In this document: positions 56,445 to 64,000 of the stretch, one piece after another
Position numbering within the stretch: the first letter of the stretch is position 1
Layout: each line of letters opens with the position of its first letter
DNA from: Candidatus Doudnabacteria bacterium
GTDB lineage: Bacteria > Patescibacteriota > Doudnabacteria > UBA920
DNA: 64,000 nucleotides
Assembly: GCA_963837465.1 (NCBI GenBank)
Contig: CAWINB010000001.1
Location: 501,646-565,645, forward strand
Reading direction: 5' to 3'
Position numbers and translations under genes: made by a program
Notes under the pieces: model-generated
Seen by the model: only the letters and a program-made list of their open reading frames with translations
Databases searched by the model: none
What the model was told of the DNA's origin: nothing

Positions 56445-57788
56445 ATGAAAGAAAAATTATTAAGCGAGCTTAAGTTGAAAGTTGAGTATGTGTCAGTGGC
56501 TGCGCTGAAACCCAGCGAGTATAATCCACGCAAATTCTCCAAAGAGCAGTTTGAGCAGCTAAAAACTAGCATTAAAGAGCACTCCTTGGTAGAGCCTTTG
56601 GTGGCGAACTCCGCGCCGAATAGAAAGAACATTTTAATAGGAGGACACGGTAGGTTAAAAGCCGCCAAGGAATTGGGGCTTAAAACCGTGCCGGTGGTTT
56701 ACGTCAGCATTCCCGATATCGAGACCGAGAAGGATCTAAACGTGAGACTGAATAAGGCGGTCGGAGAATTTGATCTGGAGTTGCTGTTAAAGAATTTCAG
56801 CGAGGAATTTTTGTCCGGAGTTGGATTTTCCAGTGAGGAATTGGATAAAATTTTTGCTGTTGAGGAGATACCGGAATTATTTGATCTGGAAAAAGAACTT
56901 AAGAAACTCAATATTCAAAAGGTCAGCGTTAAACAAGGTGACGTCTACGAGATTGCCGGTTGTCGGGTTATGAACGGTAACAGTACCGTTGAAGCCGATA
57001 TGATAAAACTCATGGACGGCCAGAGGGCGGATATGTGTTTGACGGACCCACCTTATTTACTAGACTACCTACACGGCAAAAAGAAAAAAGACGCTACTAA
57101 AGGTTTTGGCCTTAAGCGTGATCGTACCTATCTAGGGACTACGGAACTGCCGGAAAATTTTACCGACCTGTGGATGGCTAGTATCGCCAAAATCCAAAAG
57201 CCGGATTTCTCTATTATAGTTTATGAGAATCCAAAGAACCTGCGAACCATCTGGAACGCTTTAGAAAAGTATTGGAAATACCGTAACACTATAATTTGGC
57301 ATCTGCCAAATCGGGTACAGGGCTTCTCCGCTAAGTATAAGTTTTTCAACAAATGGGACTTCGCCATGGTCGGTACCTCCGGTCAGGTGTCCTTAAACGA
57401 CGAGCCGGAAAAGGATGCGCTATTGCAAGAGGAGTATGAGTCCGCTTTATTTGCCACCTCCGGCAAGCCGCATTGGGAGTCTTATGCCAAGGGCAAAAAG
57501 TATTGCCCGACTGACTTTATTGAGTATAAAGCGTCGGATAAAAAATCATCGGGCCAAGGAATAATCTTTGGCACTAAGCCAGTGGAGATTCTGATTCCAT
57601 ATATTAAGGTGCTGACTAGGCGTGATGAATTGATAGTGGAACCGTTCGGGGGGTCGGGGTCAACAGCGGTAGCAGCCATAAAAATGAAGCGCCGTTGTTA
57701 CCTGATGGAAAAATCTAACGTCTACACGGAAGTCATATTGAACAGACTTTCGAAGTTAACCGGGCAAAAGCCAAGGAGGGTGGCATGA
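56445..57788 (+). CDS. ParB-like domain + N4/N6 DNA methyltransferase (copy 3)
   Basis: YNPR, IGGHGR, TDPPY, EPFGGSGST. Confidence 0.9.
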   Translation: MKEKLLSELKLKVEYVSVAALKPSEYNPRKFSKEQFEQLKTSIKEHSLVEPLVANSAPNRKNILIGGHGRLKAAKELGLKTVPVVYVSIPDIETEKDLNVRLNKAVGEFDLELLLKNFSEEFLSGVGFSSEELDKIFAVEEIPELFDLEKELKKLNIQKVSVKQGDVYEIAGCRVMNGNSTVEADMIKLMDGQRADMCLTDPPYLLDYLHGKKKKDATKGFGLKRDRTYLGTTELPENFTDLWMASIAKIQKPDFSIIVYENPKNLRTIWNALEKYWKYRNTIIWHLPNRVQGFSAKYKFFNKWDFAMVGTSGQVSLNDEPEKDALLQEEYESALFATSGKPHWESYAKGKKYCPTDFIEYKASDKKSSGQGIIFGTKPVEILIPYIKVLTRRDELIVEPFGGSGSTAVAAIKMKRRCYLMEKSNVYTEVILNRLSKLTGQKPRRVA

Positions 57789-58225
57789 GCCGGAAAAATT
57801 ACCAACAGGCAAAACAAAAAGCGGCCGTTATCGAACAGCTAAAAAAATTTCCGATTGTTCAGTTAGCCGTTCAGAAGGCCGGAGTATCCAGACCCAGTTA
57901 TTACCAATGGCGGAAACAGGATGCGGAATTCGCTAAAACCGCGGATGAGGCCATGGCCGAAGGCATCCTGTTTATTAACGACATCGCCGAAGGTAATATG
58001 ATATCTCTGATAAACGAAAAGGACATGCGAAGCATTCGTTTTTGGCTCACGCACCGTCATCCCGTCTATGCCGCAAAACTGCAGCTCGAAGGGAAGTTGG
58101 AGTTATCGGACGAGGCTTTAAGTAGCGAGCAGCAGGAAATCGTAGACAGGGCCTTGGGATTGCTCGCCGGGGATAAAAGCCAACTCGGCGAACAAAAAGG
58201 AGGCAACCATGAACCTCACGCCTGA
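57785..58225 (+). CDS. HTH protein, putative terminase small subunit (copy 3)
   Basis: PIVQLAVQKAGVSRPSYYQWR; SIRFWL. Confidence 0.65.
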   Translation: MSRKNYQQAKQKAAVIEQLKKFPIVQLAVQKAGVSRPSYYQWRKQDAEFAKTADEAMAEGILFINDIAEGNMISLINEKDMRSIRFWLTHRHPVYAAKLQLEGKLELSDEALSSEQQEIVDRALGLLAGDKSQLGEQKGGNHEPHA

Positions 58226-59738
58226 CATCACTGAGCGGATGGGTAAAGATGCCGGTATCCGCCGCGCCATAACAAAAAAGAGCCATGAAGCTTTCTTTGC
58301 CTTCTATCTGCCGCATTACTTAGAGTACCAAAGCGCATTGTTCCATCACGAGCTGTTTGCCGCTACCGAAGACAGGACTGCTAAACTTTTGGTCGTCCAA
58401 GGTTTTAGGAACAGCGGCAAATCAACAATATTATCTTTGTCTTTTCCCCTTTGGCTCGCCATAAGCGGGCAGGCGCAGGAAATCATCATCATTTGCAAAA
58501 ACCAGATGTTGGCCAGACATGCGATGAAAAATATTCAGGCAGAATTAGAAGAGAATGAACAGCTAACCAAGGATTTTTATCCCTTTGATTTTAGGGAGGA
58601 TGCCTCGGACGCTTACATCGTAAGCTTAAAACGCTACCGCGCCGAAATCGTGGCCGTTTCCCGCGAGCAAAGCGTGCGCGGCTTAAAACATCGGCAGTAT
58701 AGGCCACAGGCTATTATTATTGACGATCCGGATGACATCGGGTCGGTAAAAACTTTGGAAAGCCGGGAGAATACCTGGCAATGGATGATGCGGGATATTG
58801 TGCCATTGGGGGATAAAAATACCAGAATTGTGGTTATCGGTTCGCCGCTTCATGGCGATTCGCTGATTATGCGCCTACACGATAAGATCGAAAGCGGACA
58901 GATGCGGGGACTGTCCATGCGCATTCCCATTCTTGACCAAAACGGCAAACCCGCTTGGCCTGCCAAATTTCCGACTCAGAAGGAAATCCAAGAGGAGAAA
59001 ATGAAGATGGATGAGATCAGTTGGAACAGGGAAATGATGCTGTTGCTTACTCCTGAGCTCGGACAGCTGGTCACCTTAGAGGACATAGTTAAGTATAATA
59101 ACCTACCTCCCCGTGCGAGTACTTGCGGCTATATTGCCACCTGGTCGGGAGTGGACTTCGCCATCGGCCAGAAGCCGGGCAGCGATTATACGGCTATCGT
59201 GACAATACAAATACATGTCGTTAATGGAAAGCTGAAAATTTACGTCCTGCCGAACCCCGTTAACCGCCACTTGGATAATTATGGCAATATCGCCGCCATG
59301 AAGCAGGTAATCGACAATGCCAAACAAACAGGCCACAGCAAAATGTTTATGGAGGCCAACTTATTTCAAGTTTCGTTTTACCAGCAGATGATCGGCGCTG
59401 GCTATAACCAGATAGCGCCAGTTACGGTCAGTGGTGATAAGCTAACAAGGTTACAACCGACAGCTATGATGATCAAGGATGGTCGGCTACTATTTCCCAA
59501 AGAGGGCTGCCGTGACCTCATTTTCCAACTGGTAGATTTTGGCTCGGCACGCAAAGACGATTTGGCGGATGCCTTGAGCTTGGTCGTCAATGAAGCTATT
59601 AACGAACATAATAAAAATCTCTCGCTGTACGGTTACTTGGATTGGGTAGAATCTAACGGCGGACCGTATATGGACATTGACGGCAGCAAACCGACCAGGA
59701 GATTTCAAAGCCTCATCCCGGAAGGCCAAGAAGAATGA
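58209..59738 (+). CDS. Terminase large subunit (copy 3)
   Basis: GFRNSGKST, IIIDDPD, GVDFAIG..DYTA, KDDLADA. Confidence 0.87.
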   Translation: MNLTPDITERMGKDAGIRRAITKKSHEAFFAFYLPHYLEYQSALFHHELFAATEDRTAKLLVVQGFRNSGKSTILSLSFPLWLAISGQAQEIIIICKNQMLARHAMKNIQAELEENEQLTKDFYPFDFREDASDAYIVSLKRYRAEIVAVSREQSVRGLKHRQYRPQAIIIDDPDDIGSVKTLESRENTWQWMMRDIVPLGDKNTRIVVIGSPLHGDSLIMRLHDKIESGQMRGLSMRIPILDQNGKPAWPAKFPTQKEIQEEKMKMDEISWNREMMLLLTPELGQLVTLEDIVKYNNLPPRASTCGYIATWSGVDFAIGQKPGSDYTAIVTIQIHVVNGKLKIYVLPNPVNRHLDNYGNIAAMKQVIDNAKQTGHSKMFMEANLFQVSFYQQMIGAGYNQIAPVTVSGDKLTRLQPTAMMIKDGRLLFPKEGCRDLIFQLVDFGSARKDDLADALSLVVNEAINEHNKNLSLYGYLDWVESNGGPYMDIDGSKPTRRFQSLIPEGQEE

Positions 59739-59770
59739 ATGGCACTTAAAAACACCGCTTTGCGGTTTTT

Positions 59771-60307
59771 TTAAGTTGGCTTCTTTACAGACAGTAGCGC
59801 CCTATTCATAAATTCGTATTTGGTTTCTAGATATTGGCGCAAAAGGTCGTAATCATCAAACAGTATTTTTTGATAATCTTTTTTTAATTTTTTGTCGGCC
59901 TTTATGACCTCAAAAAAATTTTTATAATCGTGAGGCTCCTGGGCGCGGTGGTGGGCTAAATATACCTCGATAATGCGGCCGTTAGGCCACGGTAAGCCAT
60001 CCTGCCAGATAACGACTTCCGGAAGTTGCTGTATAGGCGGCCTAGGGAAGAACTTGTTGAATTGAGGGATATATTTAGGAAAGTCTTTGGGGTCGCCAAG
60101 GACATACAGTTTTGGCGCTTCTTTGGCCAACAGCCCCATTCCCCATTCGTCAATCCACCAAATTTTAAGTTCCGGGAAAAAGCGAGAAATATTGGAACGT
60201 ATGGAATCAATCTCGTTTAGCAAATTCAGCGACACGATTCCGCGTTTGGGCAGCGGCTGGTCTGCCGGTGCTTCCTCTATATGATCTTTTTGCCATTGGG
60301 TAAGCAT
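59771..60307 (-). CDS. Degenerate GrpB-like (nucleotidyltransferase-fold) protein
   Basis: Similar to the TerL1 C-terminal extension; IEVYL..F..Y..KYEFMNR. Confidence 0.55.
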   Translation of the reverse strand: MLTQWQKDHIEEAPADQPLPKRGIVSLNLLNEIDSIRSNISRFFPELKIWWIDEWGMGLLAKEAPKLYVLGDPKDFPKYIPQFNKFFPRPPIQQLPEVVIWQDGLPWPNGRIIEVYLAHHRAQEPHDYKNFFEVIKADKKLKKDYQKILFDDYDLLRQYLETKYEFMNRALLSVKKPT

Positions 60308-60363
60308 GAAATTGTATTTAAAACTTACAATTTATTATAGCTTTTTAGGGGGATTTTATAAAG

Positions 60364-60484
60364 CTGGACTTACTTAAGGGTTTGCGGTACCGTGTGCCTT
60401 GGAAAACTATTAAATAAAACCAAGGGTGTTTAAGTCTGCCCAGCTAAAATGGAGATTGAAATAAGCGGAAAATGATAGTATAAT
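60364..60484 (+). promoter_or_regulatory. Conserved CTGGACTT..GCGGTACCGTGT motif and sigma70-like promoter
   Basis: Homologous to 9425-9557; TTGAAA-17-TATAAT at 60456-60484. Confidence 0.65.
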
Positions 60485-60506
60485 AACTTTAACAATTTAA
60501 TCAAAG

Positions 60507-60672
60507 TAGCCTAAACCCGGCACAATGCCGGGCATGGCGAATAACCAAAACCTATAGAAAGTACTGAACCCGTCGTTCAGCTATCTTTCTATAGGTCATA
60601 CCCGAAAGGGTGTGGGCTCGCAAGAGCCATGCTGGCGGCGGGCTTTGTGTTGTCCGGATGCCAGCAGAAAGG
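60507..60672 (+). ncRNA. Unassigned structured cis-regulatory RNA leader, copy C
   Basis: Same covarying fold as copies A and B. Confidence 0.8.
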
Positions 60673-60682
60673 TTATAAACTT

Positions 60683-61114
60683 ATGACTGAAGATTTGGTG
60701 CAAGCTATTGGCAGTAGAGGTAGAAAATTATTAGCAGAAAATATTGGATCAGATGAAAAAGTTTTGGTTCAACTGCAAGGCGCTTTTGGACAAGTTTTAG
60801 TAGTGACAGATAAACGGTTCTACATTATCAAATGGGGTTTTATGACCGGCAGTACTTTTGGCGGCCGATGCCTGGCGTTTGAGTATAAAAATATTAGTGG
60901 CGTGAAAATTACCAAGAATTTTGCCACGGGGTTATTTGAAATTGTCACCCCGGGCAACCAAGATACCCAAAAAAGCTACTGGGGATCCAATAATCGCAAT
61001 AATGCTAATAAAGCTGATAATATAGTGGTATTTCGCAGAAAGAGCTTTGGCCCGTTCCAGCAAGCCGCAAACCTGGCCAGGGATTTAATTAACCAAGCTC
61101 ATAATAAAAATTAA
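60683..61114 (+). CDS. Bacterial PH-domain protein
   Basis: AGAAAGG SD + ATG60683; EKVL..LVVTDKRF..FEYKNISGV. Confidence 0.75.
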   Translation: MTEDLVQAIGSRGRKLLAENIGSDEKVLVQLQGAFGQVLVVTDKRFYIIKWGFMTGSTFGGRCLAFEYKNISGVKITKNFATGLFEIVTPGNQDTQKSYWGSNNRNNANKADNIVVFRRKSFGPFQQAANLARDLINQAHNKN

Positions 61115-61200
61115 CCACGCAGTTTTACCTTAGTTTAAAAACAATATTAATTCAGAAGAACCCGGCCTTCGAGCCGTGTTCTTCAGTTCCCAAAACCCTT

Positions 61201-62046
61201 ATGTCCACAAAAGGCCTTACCATACTATTGCCAGACGGTGATCCCAACGGCATTAAAATTATTGAAGTTAACGGTTGGGTTGGCAAGGCCATTATTATCC
61301 CGAGGGCCAAGCTTAAATTTATTAAAGATCGACCGGAAAGTAATCTGCCAGCACTGTATTTTTTGTTTGGAGAGAATATGGATGAGACCAAACCCAGCGT
61401 TTACATTGGGGAAACCGAAACCTGTTACCAGAGATTGACTAATCATGAAAGCAATAAGGATTTTTGGAATTTAGCCATTATTTTCATTGGCAGTTTGGAT
61501 AAGGCAGATGTCAGGTATCTAGAAAACAAAGCCGTGGAGGAAGCCCAAAGTTCCGGCCGCTACCTGATGACCAATGGTAATTCCCGTAATGAAAATACCT
61601 TATCCGAGTTTAAAAAATCAGCGGCAGACAGTTATTTTGAAAGTATTAAGTTTGTCATGGCAGTGCTGGGTTACACTTTGTTTGAGCCGGTCTTTGCAGA
61701 TACCCATACAGCCGACGAAGTATATTATTTAAAAGCCTCTGGCGCGGAAGCCAAAGGCAGTCTTTTGGATACAGGAGAGTTTATTGTATTTAAGGGCTCT
61801 ACCGTGCGCTTAGCCGAAGTGCCTTCTATGCAAGGCACAGGCGGCTCAAAGCTTAGGCAGCTAATGAGCCGGGATGATGATGGCAGGCTTAAAAAAGTTA
61901 GCGACGAATCCTATCAGTTAACCCAAGATGTAGTCTTTACCAGCCCAAGTCTGGCTGCGGACGTGGTTACTGGCAGATCCAGCAACGGCTGGATATCATG
62001 GAAAGATAGCCAGGGGCGAACACTGGATGAGAATAAGAGGAAGTAG
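61201..62046 (+). CDS. GIY-YIG + DUF4357-type protein (copy 2)
   Basis: 14 differences in 281 aa versus 10293-11138 (counted by eye). Confidence 0.85.
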   Translation: MSTKGLTILLPDGDPNGIKIIEVNGWVGKAIIIPRAKLKFIKDRPESNLPALYFLFGENMDETKPSVYIGETETCYQRLTNHESNKDFWNLAIIFIGSLDKADVRYLENKAVEEAQSSGRYLMTNGNSRNENTLSEFKKSAADSYFESIKFVMAVLGYTLFEPVFADTHTADEVYYLKASGAEAKGSLLDTGEFIVFKGSTVRLAEVPSMQGTGGSKLRQLMSRDDDGRLKKVSDESYQLTQDVVFTSPSLAADVVTGRSSNGWISWKDSQGRTLDENKRK

Positions 62047-62050
62047 TTTA

Positions 62051-63517
62051 TTATTTATACTTTTCAAACCATTCAAACAGAATTTCGGTAGCCCTAACAT
62101 CATCCTCGTTATAATCAATAATATCTTGCAGTACTTTAGGGTCATTTTCTTCCAGCCATTTTTCATACCAAAAAATGCTTTGCGCACCGCCAGCTTTAGC
62201 GTCACGCCATTTGAAGTTGATAAATTTAGATTTGGCGATATCTTTAATGGAATAGAAGTAAAGTGGAAAAATCACACTTTCTTTTCTCGTAGTTTCCAAG
62301 TCAAATAATCTGGAATGAAAATTGTTGAACTCTGGAGATCCGCCATAATTTTCTGCCAGTTTGGAAGTCCAAGTTTTTTCATAGTTTGCATAATGATAAA
62401 TTATGTATTCTTTAGGCAAAATTTTTAGCCACTGTATAAAGTCATCCCACATTTCTTTTTCTTGCTCAGGCTGTTCAGCTAAAAAATAAAGAAAATATTT
62501 ACCTTGTTCCGGATATTTTTTTACTTTTCCAACTTTGGCATAGTCAAAATTCGGATCACCGGAAATCCAAAACCCGAATAGATATTGCACTTGCAATAAC
62601 GGGTCTCCTTCAATATCAAAAAATAGCTTCAGTTTAGCCGTTGGCAATTGTGGTTTGGCCAGCCATTTTAGCTCGCCTGCTGCAAGGCTTTGGGCTTGCA
62701 GTTTTATCCTATCCAAGGTTTCTGGTGAGCATTGTGGAATTTTAGGCAGCGATGCCACGTCCATTTTCGCGGCATCTGCAACTGTATTAATGCCGCATTC
62801 GCGTAAAGCTGGATGAGATCTGGCATCCAGTTTATAAATGAGGGCTATGTCATTTTTTTCCTCAGCTTCAGCTACACATTTTTTGTACCAGGGGCTGTCT
62901 TTACAGGTGGAAACTAATTTCAGCGGCGGTTTCTTGCCCCTCAAGATATCTAAAATTTGATTGGTTCTTTCTATGGCTTTTTCCGTGTCCTTTACTTCTG
63001 GATCAAACAATACTGTTTCTTTGTCTTTATTGATAATACCCATACCCTTGGGAAAGGCGCCTTGCAACTGTTCAAGGATAATGCCGTAAATTATTAATTG
63101 GTATTTTTGATCAGGATCGATTTCCTTGGATGACTTAATGTCGATAGGTGTGTATAAATAATTGCCAAATTTTGATTTACCTGGAATTTTTTTTAATAAG
63201 TCCGGTCTGCCACGATAAATAACATCATCCGCTTGGTATTGTATTTCGCCCTGGTAAATCAATTCGGATCCAGACTGCATTAAAGTTAGAGTGGCTTCAA
63301 AAGCCTTGGCCGGGTCTGCAGTCTTTACAGATACAAAATCCAAGTCTTTAATATATTCTTTTTCATGCAACACCCCTTTTTCAAAAAGCTTCAGAGTCAA
63401 TTCTGGAAGTTTGTCCTTATCCTTTGGGTCGCTAAAATAATCGTGCCAGATCCAATGAGGGCATCTGGAGTATTGGAAAAATAACGATGGGGTAAAAATA
63501 ATCTTCTTACTTTGCAT
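62051..63517 (-). CDS. TM0106-family RecB-like nuclease with RNase H-like C-terminal domain
   Basis: GRPDLL..PIDIKSS..QL..Y; FFDIEGDP; YSIKDIA; YNEDDVRAT. Confidence 0.88.
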   Translation of the reverse strand: MQSKKIIFTPSLFFQYSRCPHWIWHDYFSDPKDKDKLPELTLKLFEKGVLHEKEYIKDLDFVSVKTADPAKAFEATLTLMQSGSELIYQGEIQYQADDVIYRGRPDLLKKIPGKSKFGNYLYTPIDIKSSKEIDPDQKYQLIIYGIILEQLQGAFPKGMGIINKDKETVLFDPEVKDTEKAIERTNQILDILRGKKPPLKLVSTCKDSPWYKKCVAEAEEKNDIALIYKLDARSHPALRECGINTVADAAKMDVASLPKIPQCSPETLDRIKLQAQSLAAGELKWLAKPQLPTAKLKLFFDIEGDPLLQVQYLFGFWISGDPNFDYAKVGKVKKYPEQGKYFLYFLAEQPEQEKEMWDDFIQWLKILPKEYIIYHYANYEKTWTSKLAENYGGSPEFNNFHSRLFDLETTRKESVIFPLYFYSIKDIAKSKFINFKWRDAKAGGAQSIFWYEKWLEENDPKVLQDIIDYNEDDVRATEILFEWFEKYK

Positions 63518-63537
63518 ATGTAATTTAGGGAATAATT

Positions 63538-63888
63538 TTATATCGGAAAAATTACTACAATTGCCGCGCCCGGATACTTCCGCGACGGGAAAGCCGTTTC
63601 AATTTTGCCTTGAACGGTTAAATCCTCAAGTTCTTTCTGTACAACCTGCTGCAATACGCCTGTGCCTTTGCCATGGACAATCCGGCAGAAGGATTCACCT
63701 GAATCGGCCATGTGACTGATATAACCATAAACATTAAGAGAAGCTTCCTGCGCGATCTGGCCGTGAAGATCCAACTCTGGCAATTCACCGGAGCGGTCGG
63801 CTATTTCCGCATGGGTCCGTCTGATTTGTTGTTCGCTAACGTTATCTACCGGCGGCAGGCCTTTATTGGGATTTTTATCTCGGCGCAT
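63538..63888 (-). CDS. Smr/MutS2 domain protein
   Basis: ELDLHG..RIVHGKGTGVL. Confidence 0.9.
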   Translation of the reverse strand: MRRDKNPNKGLPPVDNVSEQQIRRTHAEIADRSGELPELDLHGQIAQEASLNVYGYISHMADSGESFCRIVHGKGTGVLQQVVQKELEDLTVQGKIETAFPSRKYPGAAIVVIFPI

Positions 63889-64000
63889 AATTATTTGGGT
63901 TTATGGTATTGTAAAGACTTTTCCGCCGGGGAGATGCCGCCTAAGGCTTTGTGGGGAAAATAATTCCAAGCGTCAATGACCACTTCCACAATATCGTTCA

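Noticed and set aside
5540-59738. Intact prophage
   Set aside because: No portal, capsid, tail, lysis or replication genes recognised in the window

Overview
A 64-kb accessory region built from several mobile elements, most likely from a Patescibacteria/CPR-type genome (inferred from gene families such as the TrmB-type regulator and CPR-style serine recombinases; not provable here). No core housekeeping operons, rRNA, intact tRNA or CRISPR array were found. Main content: (i) a Ubl/E2/JAB/E1 ubiquitination-like operon divergent from an XRE + ImmA/IrrE regulator pair; (ii) three diverged copies of a ParB-DNA methyltransferase / small-terminase-like HTH / large terminase module, with no capsid, portal or tail genes in the window; (iii) a GC-rich minus-strand island (Ski2-like helicase, MoxR AAA+, vWA) behind a ~1.2-kb structured leader with boxA-like motifs; (iv) two large serine recombinases; (v) a restriction/defence cluster (type III RM with a frameshifted mod, GmrSD, several PD-(D/E)xK proteins); (vi) a complete DGR (VR/TR differ at 13 TR adenines plus one other position) diversifying an AAA+ ATPase, with avd on the opposite strand. 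The strongest unexplained signals are non-coding: a three-copy, covarying ~170-nt structured RNA leader that precedes three dissimilar PH-like-domain genes, and an array of six ~89-bp units with fixed 0/12/72/83 hexamer spacing in which the hexamer changes from unit to unit. All family calls come from motif recognition by eye, not database searches.
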